Source: Perna viridis
Taxonomy: Eukaryota
NCBI GenBank assembly: GCA_037379345.1
Contig: CM074518.1
Coordinates: forward strand, 10,292,001-10,356,000
Direction: 5' to 3'
DNA length: 64,000 bases
Shown: in pieces, positions 35,319 to 47,960 of the stretch
How positions within the stretch are numbered: the stretch's first letter is position 1
How the letters are laid out: each line of letters starts with the position of its first letter
Notes under the pieces: model-generated
Told to the model about the DNA's origin: nothing
What the model saw: the letters and a program-made list of their open reading frames with translations, nothing else
The model's database searches: none
Program-made: the position numbers and the translations under genes

Positions 35319-38300
35319 TTAATTGACTTTTTCATCACTTTCATCTAAATTTGATAAGTCTAGTTGTTGAATTTTGTTTTCTAAATCACTATCTTTTATG
35401 TCTGTTTGAAGTGAATCAATGTTTTCCTCATTACTTTGTCTTTGTTTGTCAGCTAGCTCAGACTCAATATTGATCACTTTTGCTTCCATTTCCCTCAATC
35501 TTGATTGTGCTTCACTAAGGTCACTTCGATAGGGAGACAGATGTATCTCAGAACTCTGTGTTACATTTGTAGCAACAGTACTGTGAAACTCTGAACCTGT
35601 AATCAAATTTTTTGTTATATACATAGCTAGTCTTCTAAAAGTAAGGGATCAGTGGTATTCACATCCTATACCATATATGGGGTAATTACAAGCAATGCAA
35701 CCATTTAAGCAACATTTTTACACTTTAATTAAATTCCTAAATGTCAACAATTATGTTTTTACATCAAGCTACAACAATCAATGTTTGTTGAAGTATCTTT
35801 GGGTAAAAGCAGCAAAAAAATATAATGCTACATAAATGTTAAAGAACAAATCAGAATAAAAATAATGATAAAAAATATACCAGAGGCTCACGTGAGCCTG
35901 TATCGCTCACCTGGTTTAATTACTTGCTAAATATTTCATATAATTTTGCGTAAATTTACAAGGAATTTTCCTTAGATGAAGATTTTCTTGTAATTTAAAG
36001 CATTGGTAAACAGGAATTATTGCATGGGACAGGTTGGAAAGGGGACATAATGCATAGTTTGCAACCCCAACATACTAAAATCCGGAACCAGGCCTTTAAA
36101 AATGCAGAAATTGCCATTGTTTTGCGGAATCCATGAAATTTCTGCAAAACACAGCGTTTCTTAGCCTCCAACATGATTACTTTGCTAAAAAACTAATCTT
36201 ATTAAACTAGGCATTTCACATCCAGTTTTGTATGGAAATATAGTTTACAAGGCACATAAATGCAAACAATGTCCATCAAATCTTAAGAATTATTTAAATA
36301 GACTGATTCATAAAGGACATAAATTTGACATTGTTGTCAGATCATTAAATCTTGTCTTTGTAGGAAAAAATATTGATACTCTTATTAGATCATTACATTA
36401 TAACTTAATCATTCATATTTTAGCATTTTAGTCATTGCACAACTTCTTGCTAGACCAACATAGTCTATGATGTTGCAGTTCTAAATCCTTTGGAAGTTTT
36501 GTAACTGATATTTTTTGTGTTGGGAGGCTTGAAGATTTGTCATCCTTATTTGTGTCCTGAGCTTGCTTTCAGTAACTGCGAGCATTCATTGTTTATACCT
36601 CATTTGTTTGTCTTCTATGTTATTGTTAATAATGGTTGAGGTACTTTTCTAATGAATTGGATGTATTTCAGGTTGATTTTTACTGTGTGTCTAACTTTGT
36701 ATTTATTTTAGCCTTTGACCGTATAGAGGGGGAGGGTTTGGATCCAACAAAACTAGTTTAACCCCGCTGCATATTGTTTGCGCCTGTCCCAAGGCAGGAA
36801 ATATAGTCACTGGCATGTAGTTGTCTTTTTTTTAAAACATTTTAGTTTCTTACCATAAATGATAAACTGATATAGTATTGAGGAAGGGCCGGACCTTTTT
36901 CGGGATGCTGGGATCAGAGGTTTTTAAGCTCAGGATTTCGGGATTTCTGAGAATTAAGCCCGGGATTTTGGGAAATAAATCCACCGGGAATCGGGATTTT
37001 AGCAGTTTTTAAGTTCCTTTGTTGTTCGGGATTTCAGGATTTAGTAAAAATAAAGTCGGGATTCCGGGATCAGACCCCCTCCAGCCTCCCCTCAGTATTG
37101 TGTTCACTGATTTATCCACTTTGTTTTTATTGGGGCAATTTAGAGCTTGCTACATGGAGGAAATTTCCCACTTGTTGAAGATCATGTGGCGACCTCTAGA
37201 TGTATATTTTCTCGAGCGGAAACTTTGGTTAAGTTAAGATCCACAGTGGCAGCCATTTTGAAATGGCAAAAGAATCACAAGCTTTCATCTCCTCATGCCA
37301 ACGATCATTTGTTTCCAGTTTTGTTTCATTTGGTCAAGCGGTTTCCGAGAAAAAGATTTTTACATGTTTTTCTCATAGGGTCCAATGTTAAAGTAAGATC
37401 CTCGGTGGCGGCCATTTTGAATTTCCGATTGGCACCAAAATCACAAACTTACATCCCTTCATAAAAGTGAACATTTGTGTCAAGTTTTGTTTAATTTGGT
37501 CAAGCGGTTTCCGAGAAGAAGATTTTTACATGTTTTTCCCATAGGGTCCAATGTTAAACTAAGATCCTCGGTAGCGGCCATCTTGAATTTCTGATCGCCA
37601 CCAAAATCACAAACTTTCATCCCCTCATATCAGTGAACATTTAATAGTGTCAAGTTTTGTTTAATTTGGTCAAGTGGTTTCCGAGAAGAAGATGTTTACA
37701 TGTTTTTCCCATAGGGTCCAATGTTAAACTAAGATCCTCGGTGGCGGCCATTTTGAATTTCCGATTGGCACCAAAATCACAAACTTTCATTCGCTCATAT
37801 CAGTGAACATTTGTGTCAAGTTTTGTTTAATTTGGTCAAGTGGTTTCCGAGAAGAAGATTTTTACATGTTTCTCCCATAGGGTCCAATGCTAAACTAAGA
37901 TCCTCGATGGCGGCCATCTTGAATTTCCGATCGGCACCAAAATCACAAACTTTCATCCCCTCATACCAGTGATCATTTGTGTCAAGTTTGGTTTTATTTG
38001 GCCCTGTGGTTTCAGAGAAGAAGATTGAAATGTAAAAGTTTACGGACGGACGACGGACTGACGACGACGGACGGACGGACGACGGACGGACGGACGACGG
38101 ACGCCAAGTGATGGCAAAAGCTCACATGGCCTTTGGCCAAGTGAGCTAAAAAGTAATTTACAAAAATGTGTTCAATAAAAGTAAAAAATTAGGAAAATAC
38201 ACGAAGTGTTACTTATTGTAGCACATATTTTTGTTATTCAAGCTTACCATACTATCATTTTTAACAATGTTTAATTACAGGTTAAAACATAATCAGATGA

Positions 38301-41300
38301 AAGTGTTTAGATCATCAACAGTATAATAACATTGTCTTCAAGAGTAATCAAGGGAACCAAGGTTATAGCAGTAATCAAAAGAATGTAATCCAGGGACAAA
38401 GACTAGACATGGAAAAAACAGACATACACAACTAAGAACATAAAGTAACTAAAATCATACATACAAAGAGTAATTAAGGGAACCAAGGCCATAGCGGCAA
38501 TCACAAGAATGTAATCCAGGGACAAAGACCAGACATGGAAAACAGACATGCACAACAAAGAACATAAAAATCATACATACAAAGTAACAAATGCAAATGA
38601 GCAACTCGGACTCCACTAAGAACTGGGAGCATGGACCAGGTGCACATATGGATTATTAATCTATAATATGATTGAATATCTGATGTTAAAACAAAATCTA
38701 AGAGCATGTTATTGGCAAGAAGGGAATGTAAGTGTAACTTTAACTTACACTGTGGTGCTTTCAAATTTCCAAAACCAAAAATATAAAGAACAGGTAATAT
38801 ACAATGGATTTTTTAAGCAAGTACAACAGAGAAAGACACAATAAGGTAAATGCATGTAAAAAAACTAATAACCAAACAGAAAACAAAGCACAGCACTTTT
38901 CAACTTTATATGCATATCTACTTAATAAAGGCTTAAGCTAATCCAAAATGCAAGTACAAACATGAAGTTGCATGGTTTATTGTGCCAGGAATGTCCTTAC
39001 TTGTACAGGAAGTTGATATCTGAAAGCAACCAAAATTGCTAACAACATATGCACTATCTACCGGTATATACTGAATTTGAAATCAATCCATCCATTAGGA
39101 GCTGAGATGTTTGTGACAAAAATTTTCCCTATCACTCCACATAGTTAATAAAGTCACACTATCAGTAAATAGAAAGTTGATATCAGACTGCAACAAAAAT
39201 TGCTTACATTATATGCCCCATCCATATTAACCACACACCAAATTTCAAATCAATCCATCCATTGGGAACCAAGATAATTTCAAGAAAATTTTGGAATGAC
39301 GGACAGACAAGGTGATACCACCCACTCTTTGACTGGTGGTATAATGATGTTTTCTCTAACTTTTGACTCAATACTGAATAAAGCATTTTTTTTAAAACTG
39401 ATATTGCACTTGTACTAAATTAAACAAGTCTAATAGAAATTTTGTTTTGTAAAATAAAATATGGGTAGTTGATGTTTGATGGCTATGCCACTTTATTTAT
39501 ATACCCTAGTGTTAGCTTACACTGCCTGTCAGAAAAATATGTGAAAAAATTTATATCTATGAAAATTCTTAAAATCATAATTCATTGAACTTAACAAACT
39601 TGTATTAATATGTTTATGTGAGTGGTTTTAACAAGTACCTGCAGAGTAAGCTGCTGTAGAGGCCTCAGTAACCAGATTGTAAGCAGATATGTACAACAGC
39701 TGTAATTCCTGAAATGTACATGAAATTCGAAAATAATATTGTGTGAGTAATGTAGCTAAATCTTGAGCACTTCCCAAGAACAACATTTTAAAAACTCCTA
39801 CAAAATTATTAAATATTAGTATATTTCTCCACTGCCAGATCTACCATAATAATTATTATTTCACTGCAAAAGACTGATCACTTTAACTGTACAAGCTCTT
39901 GAGCATTATTGTTTAAGGCATAACTCATTTGCTGAAGGGTTTATTTCTTTACCATTTTAAGTTTTCTTATTTCCTCCAGGCTTCATGTTTTACAAATCAA
40001 CAGTTACCTCCCTTCTTATCCAAATTGAATGTTTACAATATGATGCATTTATAAATGATACTATGGACACACATGTTTGTTTATTATGGTATTCAAATGT
40101 GTATATTTATGTAAATAAGCCTTTCATGTATTTGGTTTTAGGCATAGACTATAAATGGTATTTTATTGGGTCAACTAACAACTACCTTTCTTACAGTAGA
40201 GCTTTTCCTTTAAAATCTTGATTTATGGCAATATATTTTATTGATTTATTTTTAATGAAATGTTCTTTTATAGATTGTTTGATATACCCGATGGTAAATT
40301 GTGAGCAGCCTTACTGGATAGTTTCCTGGAATATATCTAATTTGTTAATATACTATGAAAATTTTCAGTATGTACCACTCTAAAATTTTTTAACTTGATC
40401 GATAAACAGGAAGTAGATGGACAATAAACATGAAAAAGGGAGACATAGTACAAGTCATCATGCAAAAGCAGTATACAAAGTATTTGAGTGTTCCCTCCCT
40501 AACAAGCTGAGATATCTACTACAGAAAGTGTAATAGACATACGAGCTGATTGCCATATAGTCCACACTCTACTGAGTGGGCATATAATAATAATTTCAAC
40601 CTATCTATATAATTCAGTAGTCTAGCTAGATTTATACTGAAATCGGTATCACTCTATTTCATATTACTATAAAGCCAATTACTGAACTGTCAGGTGAGCT
40701 TGTATTCAAACATGGTCTTGTAATTTATTTATAATTAATTTTATATATACAAACATACAATCTTTTATAATAATTTAGATCTGCCAAAAGGTATTTTGAG
40801 GAGTTGATCTTGAAAGAGATTGTTGACAATGGAAGGTAACATTTACAATTTGCCCTAGACTTGCTTCAAGTCCCTCTCTTTAAATTCAAGAATAAATGAA
40901 AAAGAAATTATTGATTTCATGTATCACTCTGATAGCAAATGTACTAATTATTGCAGCAGAGAGGAAGTTAGTAGTGGTGTTATCTGAGACCTTAATTAGA
41001 GTCTGTGCCATATTAATACCATAAAAAGGGGTTTGTAGCAAATCTACGTGAACTATTTGACAGTAAAGTGATAAATAGCTTACCTGGTTCCTGGTCTTGA
41101 ACTTGTTAACTGAAGCCCTAGCTTCCAAAATAAGGTCGGATATTTTCTGTTCATTTTTTTCATTGTCTAGAACTTTCAATCTGTACTCCATCAATCTGAT
41201 TAACACAAACAAGGCCTGAAAAAATATAATTATTTAAAAATAGTAACTGCAGTTGTACTTGTACTATTATAATACATCTATTGTTTAAGTAAACCACCTT

Positions 41301-44300
41301 CTTTAAGTGTGAAAACAGACACAAATCCTTATGAGAAAGTCTAATATACATTTCAACTTAGCATGGTAGCTATATTGACTTGCATTTTATGGTTCAAAGT
41401 CCTGTTTTAATGTTCAAAAGTAGTATATTTATTGTAAATATTCTAACCTTTGTAGTTGACAATTTTCATTATTAGTGTTCAAGGATTTTTCAATATTTCC
41501 CACTATCAATGTCTCTTTCTGAATTTAAGAAGAACAGCTTTTTGCCCTTGATCAACATGTTTACCAAATAGGTTTTTTCAAACCTGCTGTTATAATATCA
41601 CACCTAAATCAAAGTTTTTTTTTATGATTTTGATCACATTTCCATCAAAATACTATTTCTCCTAATTTTTTTATTATGTCCATTTCTAAATACTATAATT
41701 TTGTTTTTGTTTTTTTGTTTTTTTTGATAACTGTTAAACCCAGTGGAATTTATATGAGAAATAATATAATTTTGTCTGCATACATTAATATAAAACAGAG
41801 ATAATTCATGCACATCATAAGGCCAATTACCAAATGGACCTTTAACATTTGTTTTGATAAAATGTTATTGTCTTATGAATAATTTTTGTTATAATTTGAA
41901 ATGCCCTTAATAGGCACCATGATTAGTTTAATAAAAAAAAATGTCTGTATCTGTATCAATACCCCTATCTCCTGTTAATACATATTAAATCTACTAGTGT
42001 GGAAAACAAGAGATCTGAATTCAGTGTATTCAAGAATAGATCACATCCTTAAGCATAGTATCAATTGTGACAACAAAATAGTTTTGGAAGATTGATTGAC
42101 CAACATCAACAGAATATCCTTCTTCTTAGACGCTTACCCTACCGGTGCACCTGGCCCATGCTAACAGTTTTTAGTAGAGTCCGATTTGCTCATTTACTTC
42201 TGTTACTTTGTACATGTATGTATTATTTTGGTTATTTTATGTTTTTTTGTTGTGTGTGTCTGTTTTCCATGCCTGGTCTTTGTCCCTAGATTACATCTTT
42301 TGATTTCCACTAGAATCTTGGTTCCTTTAATTACTCTATGATATAAATGAACAGCATAAAGTATTGACCTTAGTGTACTGTTCATAGCTCTCAGCCAGAC
42401 TAATAGTGACCTGTGAAAGGAAAGTTGTGGTAGCTTCTACAACACTAAATGATGCATTCCTCAGTAAAACCTCTGTTGTTAAGGTAGATGGATCTGGTGC
42501 CTGTAAAAAACAGTATACCATATCACTGTATGAGATAAAAATGAGTGTATACCAATTTATTTTCACAAATTTGAGTGTCAATCCAATTTTGTGGCTATTT
42601 AATTTCACAACTAACAATCACTGAAAGGTATATTATACATGTATCATAAAGAGACCTCTTGGCAGTGATATATTTTACAGTGTCTAAAAAATGTAAATTG
42701 AGTAAATGTAATGCAAATGTAATTGAGTATCAGTAACAATTTTATTTATTTGTACCTTTCTGTGATGTCTTTTGAATGCAAATGTTTGAAACTATTTTTT
42801 AGGATGGTAACAAAGCAGCTATTTTTCATACATGCTAGCTGAATTTCTTTTTACCCTTTAAAGTAGCATAATGTAAACAAAAATTCTATCGAAGAATCAA
42901 AGAATCACTGTCAATTAAATTTTACAAGATACTGGGTTATTATATCCCATATAATGTTCACCCCCCCCAAAAAAAAAATAATAATAATACCACTGCTTCA
43001 TGCTACCTTAATTGGTTTAAATTTTTTGTACCTCCTATAAACATTTTATGACTATTTTGGCTCAAGCACCATCAAAGTTAATATAATATTTTCTCATTTA
43101 CTTAATGTAAAATGTTTTTGAATAATAATTTTCCTACCTACCATATTTTTTTCTGGTTGGTAGCAGGAAACAAGAATACAATTTTACTTGGCATCAAGGA
43201 ATAATATAATTTATAAAATCTGGTCTTTAAGTGGTTTTTGTTTAAAAAAAATATATGGCCACTGGCTCAATTACAAAAACTACAAATGATGATAAAAGTA
43301 CTAAACTGTGAAAATTCTAGAAATACTAGAAGTATGTAATCTAAAACAGCTCTCCATATCAGGCCAAATAAAATTATACCTCTGTTTCCTGTTACCTGAC
43401 CGACTCATGCCTTGACATTTTTTTCAAGTTCACAAACAACAAAAAGTACCACCAAATGACCTGACATTTTACATTTTATAATTTTCTATTTCCACAAAGT
43501 CTGGGTGATTAATAAGGAATCTTGAAGTTGTTTTCTATGAAATTTGGGAAGAAATAAGTAAATAAAATAAAATAAAATCCTGACCTACCGACCCATTTTT
43601 TTCTGACATGTAACAGGAAACAGAGGTATAATTTTATTTGGCCTTACCAGAATGCAGTGTTTCTATCCCTTACATGTATTTAATTTTGTGCATAAACATC
43701 ATAATCTACATTATTACAAACAGAAAGCAAATAAATAACCAAAGACAACTCAACAATTAACTTTACTCTTTATAAGCCATATTTTGATGAACATTTATGT
43801 TAGTTTATTTTTTATTGTTTACTACAACAATAGATTTCTACAAAACTAAGGACTTGATGGAACACTCGTACAATACAGTACTACTAAGTCAAATTACAAT
43901 GTGCAAGGGTCCAAAAGAGGAAAGGTCCTAGACTTTTTTCAACTATTAATTAATGGTCCACTTGAGTAAACTAAAAAGTGTTCTATTAAGTGTCAATGAT
44001 AATAGCTAAAGATCCTAGACCTGGGTAAATGAAATTTAAAAGGTCCTAGGTCAGAAATTGAAGGCTCTGGACCTCAGACCACTATTAATTTGACCCCTGA
44101 ATGACAAACTTATTAGTCTTATTTCAAATCAAGGAATTACAATTAAAGATGAAAAGTATAAATGTCTTGGTCTTAGGTAGTCATGCCTTTCCAAGCAAGT
44201 TATAGTCAATCCTTCAGGAAATGCATGTTTATAAATCTGATGTTTTCAAGAATGGTGAATCAATTAAACAAGTTTTGAAAAAGTTTTGTAAATTGATAGA

Positions 44301-46035
44301 GAAGGGAAACAGTCTTTACCACGTTAAAGCAAATTTGATGTAAAAATGCAATTATTTTTATTTTTCAGACACAGAAAATATATAGTCATTTTGACCAAAA
44401 ACCTTCCACAAATCTTACATTTTTTGGTGGGAGATTCTAAATTTTACATTAATTTTGTGGGAGTCTCCTTGTTACATGTATGTGGATACGTACAAATGTA
44501 TGCATATAGCACATATCAAATACTTCCTAATTTAAGTTTTAGTATAATGATAACACAAACTCATACAGAAAAGCAAAATTCAATAACTCTCTCTCTAGAA
44601 TAAGAAAGACAGAACATGACAAACAATCATTTGACATTTTGCCAAATTTTACTTCTTTCAATCAAGTCATATATCAGGTATATGGGACAGAATATGTAAA
44701 AAATTGTCATGAAGAATCTGCTGAAGATGGAATTAATTTTCTTTAAGAAATTTATTCAAAAGAGACCTGATCTACATGTAGTACACCCATGTCTTCACAA
44801 AACTATTGTAACAGCGGCCATTCAACCTAATTTATTTAGCTTTTCAATAAAAGGACCTGAAAAAATGTAGAAATAATAGTAGATATAGAAATACTTTTTT
44901 CTCTATTAAGAAGTTAAAGCTTTGTGTCTGACTAGTTGGTGTCAGCTGATCTGGAATTAATGATATTATGTTCTGAGTGTACCTATAACATAATGCCTCT
45001 ACCCACCTCTCCCTATTTCTAGTCGCAATCGAAACTTGTTAGGCCAAAAAAAATGTATTTGTGTTTGCTGTACCCTGCTAAAAAAAGTAGGTCAACTTTT
45101 TTTTTTTAAACTTCCCCTACCTTGAGGGTCGGAGTAATCATGGTTTCTTTCTTAGCTTAGATAAAACACTTGTTGTTTTTCAAATTAAATTTATATAATA
45201 AAATCATGGTGTCTGTGGAATATATCCACAAACATTGTATTGTCACTGAACGGGACTATTACACTCGTTTTTCCTTTCAATGGGTGCATTCTTTGAAAGA
45301 TAGAGACCAGACACTTGGCATGGGACCCAGCTTCGGTGATCACCATGTTTGTTTGAATTTGTAATAGACAAAACCGGATGCCAACAGAGCAAAATTTTCG
45401 GATTTTTCATTTCCGCTGATTTTTCCAATCAAAATTTTTATGTAAGGCATCAAAAAAATAATGTCAGTCTGGCACTGTAAACACATAAATATTTTTTTTT
45501 GCCTTATCCTTTTGTCCTATCCCATATTTCATAATCATTTCATGTCCTTTTTACCATCCATTTCATGTTTGTCACCTCGATATAGCTGAAATATTGCTGC
45601 TCGGGCGTTAACCCAATAATCAATCAATCCTATTTGTTCTAAATTGAGTTGTCCCCTTTGAACACTCTAGTTTGCATATTGTTGTGATTTATAAATATCA
45701 CAGAATTATGTAGCATTCTATTTCTTCTTTATAAGTGTGTGCTTTACATCATTGTGTATCATGTTCAATTTGAACTTTCTATAATAAAGAATTTGTAATT
45801 TGTATATTTAATTTACCATTATTGCGTCTTCTGTTTTACATTGTACTCTCGAGATCCAAGGAAGCTTTACCAAAGCTATACCGGTTCCAATAACTGTCAT
45901 ATTATGTAGACTGGATTTCAGTGACATAGTTTTATATTGTAGCGGTTTTTGGAGAAACACACTAATTATCCTATATGATTGTTTGTGAAATTTAAATATT
46001 CTACTGATGTTCTTTGCTGTCATTTTGAGGAACAT
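35319..46035 (-). CDS. DIABLO: Smac/DIABLO homologue (mitochondrial intermembrane-space protein), 5 exons, ~276 aa
   Basis: Minus-strand exons 46035-45817, 42500-42369, 41215-41084, 39708-39639, 35596-35319, canonical splice sites, phases 0,0,0,1. Basic presequence followed by a hydrophobic stretch (VIGTGIALVKLPW). Core resembles the Smac helical bundle: PSTLTTEVLLRNASFSVVEATTTFLSQVTISLAESYEQYTKAL (cf. human [40 protein letters not shown]), LILEARA, EASTAAYSAG (cf. MAAEAAYQTG). Confidence 0.88.
36190..36830 (+). mobile_element. 3' remnant of a second Penelope-like family (RT C-terminus plus terminal repeat)
   Basis: GISHPVLYGNIVYKAHK...LNRLIHKGHKFDIVVRSLNLV resembles PLE RT C-termini; followed by ...gtttaaccccgctgcatattgtttgcgcctgtcccaaggcagga, a typical bivalve PLE-type 3' end. 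Recognised by eye only. Confidence 0.5.
36880..37093. mobile_element. MITE with GAG...CTC ends and internal CGGGAT repeats
   Basis: gaggaagggccgga ... tccagcctcccctc imperfect TIR, flanked on both sides by AGTATT (36874-36879, 37094-37099); many (C)GGGAT motifs inside. Confidence 0.65.
37215..38040. repeat. ~166-bp tandem repeat, ~5 units (bivalve satellite-like core of the HINE)
   Basis: ttgg(t/c)c motif at 37332, 37498, 37668, 37834, 38000 (spacing 166, 170, 166, 166); shared ccatagggtccaatgttaaa and ggcggccat(c/t)ttgaatttccgat. Confidence 0.92.
38341..38645 (-). mobile_element. Partial tandem pair of 3' terminal repeats of the Penelope-like element
   Basis: Reverse complement of ~4553-4740 (38467-38645) followed directly by a second ~127-bp copy of the extreme 3' end (38341-38467). 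Confidence 0.85.
38955..39345. repeat. Degenerate HINE-like element with two ~167-bp units
   Basis: aattt(g/c)aaatcaatccatccatt repeated at ~39074 and ~39241; ends gacggacagac...ggtataa. Similar remnants at ~5980-6330, 11940-12185, 40400-40590, 54570-54760, 57640-57930. Confidence 0.5.
42128..42337 (+). mobile_element. Solo 3' terminal repeat of the Penelope-like element, ~30 nt from a DIABLO splice donor
   Basis: gacgcttaccctaccggtgcacctgg...ttggttcctttaattactct matches ~4537-4738. Confidence 0.85.
43362..43643. mobile_element. MITE with long perfect TIRs (PIF/Harbinger-like, TNA flanks)
   Basis: ggccaaataaaattatacctctgtttcctgttac ... gtaacaggaaacagaggtataattttatttggcc; flanks TCA and TTA. 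Related elements at ~45041-45505 and a fragment at ~43133-43195. Confidence 0.82.
45570..45630 (+). repeat. SINE 3' tail fragment
   Basis: cgatatagctgaaatattgctg...gcgttaa...aataatcaatcaatc, a mollusc SINE-type tail ending in (ATCA)n; recognised by eye. Confidence 0.5.
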
Positions 46036-46455
46036 GTGTCTTTGTTTACTTCCGGTTTGAAAGACGATTAAAAATTTTTCTTCCCGATCCCGTTCATAAC
46101 ATTCAAAGCAGATTCAAAGTGTTTCAGATAACAGATGATTTTTTGCTATCACATGGGTTGAGGTCAGTTTGAAATAACGTCCATTCAATGCGAAAAAAAT
46201 GTTGAAATGATAGATATTTGAATTTTTTGTCATAATATTATGGACCGGAAACAGGTGCTCGAGTCCTGCACATGCGTGTAAATCTTTGGCAACGCTTACA
46301 AACAAGTGTCAACCTATTTGATTTTTATTTACTTACACGTGAAAATCTTTATTGTAGCTTATACTATAAAATGGAGATTATTTAAATGAAGAAAGAAAAT
46401 AAACTGGATATTAAACTCGATAAATTGAAAAAATAAGCTGTAAAACCGTAAGTTA
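46036..46455. promoter_or_regulatory. Probable bidirectional promoter between DIABLO (-) and the PLAT-repeat gene (+)
   Basis: Locally CpG-richer, repeat-free. ETS motif ACTTCCGGT 46048-46056, forkhead-like TGTTTAC 46043-46049, RFX half-site TGGCAAC 46287-46293, E-box CACGTG 46336-46341. A + strand donor CC|GTAAGT at ~46448 could end a non-coding first exon spliced to the acceptor at 47948. Confidence 0.55.
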
Positions 46456-47960
46456 TTCGTCATTTTCATAATACGAGTCACGACTATATGATATATCGGT
46501 ATAAGAACTCGTAAGCCAATATTTTTTTTCATGAATCGGCATCTTCTTACTCATGTGTTTATATAACCTTTGCTACGATAATAGTTTGAGTTTTTTTGTG
46601 GTGCATTGAATATTGCAAAATGGTTTTGAATAGTTGAAACAAAAAATGATGTGCATTTGAAATTATGGTGTTGCCCATGGCCCATCTTTTTACCATCTCA
46701 ATTTGTTCGGTTAACCTGGTCCAAATGATTATGCATTTACTTATTCTTGGCTTTTGCTCATCAGTCAACTTTCTAACTACATAAATCACATAAATATTTG
46801 AAAGCTTTGCTAGTGATGTTCACACAGGTATATGATGCTTTGCTTGAACAACATGTAAATACTGGTATGCTTTGTTTTTACATTTGGTATAGCTTAGGTT
46901 TATAGGGTTTTTAATTATTGTTGAAAAAATTGCTTTTAGAGCTTTTAAACTGTACAAATACATTACACCTTATGTGATAATAAAAAAAATTGAGTTTGAT
47001 GATAGAAATCAGTTTTAAAAGTTGAGACTATAGGTGTACACAACTGGCAAGGATGTGTTCCAGACCTGATTTTCTTCTGCTTTTCAAAATCTGGAATTTA
47101 CAGTTTGGGTTCTGTTTTATATTCACTTCCCACTTTTTTTTTTGCTTCTTTTTTTTTTGATTGGCTCTGTTAAACCACATCTGATATTTGATGGTGGATT
47201 CCTGCATTAATTTTGTTTTAACTATACTCCTGTCCTTCCAGTTTCAGTATATTGTTTACCTGGCCTACATGTGTGGTGATTTAAATGCTGGATTTTGCAC
47301 ATTTTTATCGTTTATTTGATTATCCTGCACATGCATGACATTTGCTCTGGGACAGTACAGTTGCTAATGATTCAATTTATGCTTTAGCGGTACTCCAGAC
47401 ATTGAATACATGTATAACAGAAAAATATGCATTCGGCTGGCATGCTTAGTATCCCAATTGAATTTTTCCTGTATTCGTGAAGTTAATACATAAACACTAC
47501 AGTAAGGGTTAGAAACTTGTACATGTACATATATCAGGAGACCTCAATTTAATTCTAAGATGTTTGGAATATACATTTGTACATGTATGAGATTTGTAAA
47601 AGAAAATGTGCTTAACATACTAATAAATTATTCCTTTAACTACAGAGACTTTTTAAACTCTTCTAACACCTTACCTTAAATGCAAGAGCCAATATACATG
47701 TACATGTACAATATTGATGAATGCAAACCTTAAACTATATTTGCTTAGTTACACACATATGCATTTGAACTTTGCTTTGTAAATTATCAAGTTTTTTTTA
47801 AGTCTACAAAAGGGAGCTTTTTACATGTTGTATCTCCTAGGATAATTGAATTTATCTTGTGCTGAACTGTGGATAAACTACAGCAGTACTATTGAAAGCA
47901 AGGTCTTACATGTATTTATTGCTTGATCAATATTTTTCTTTGTTTTAGTTAAAACACACA

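Larger units (their letters stand above)
35878..38152. mobile_element. Non-autonomous Helentron/HINE ('pearl'-like) element with internal tandem array and nested insertions
   Basis: One end: palindrome AGGCTCACGTGAGCCT plus GCTCACCTGG. Other end: (GGAC/GAC)n microsatellite 38043-38103, then hairpin AGCTCAC...GTGAGCT and an A run. Confidence 0.7.

Noticed and set aside
46114-46305. 63-aa minus-strand ORF as DIABLO first exon
   Set aside because: No splice donor or presequence character; 46035-45817 fits in phase and composition.
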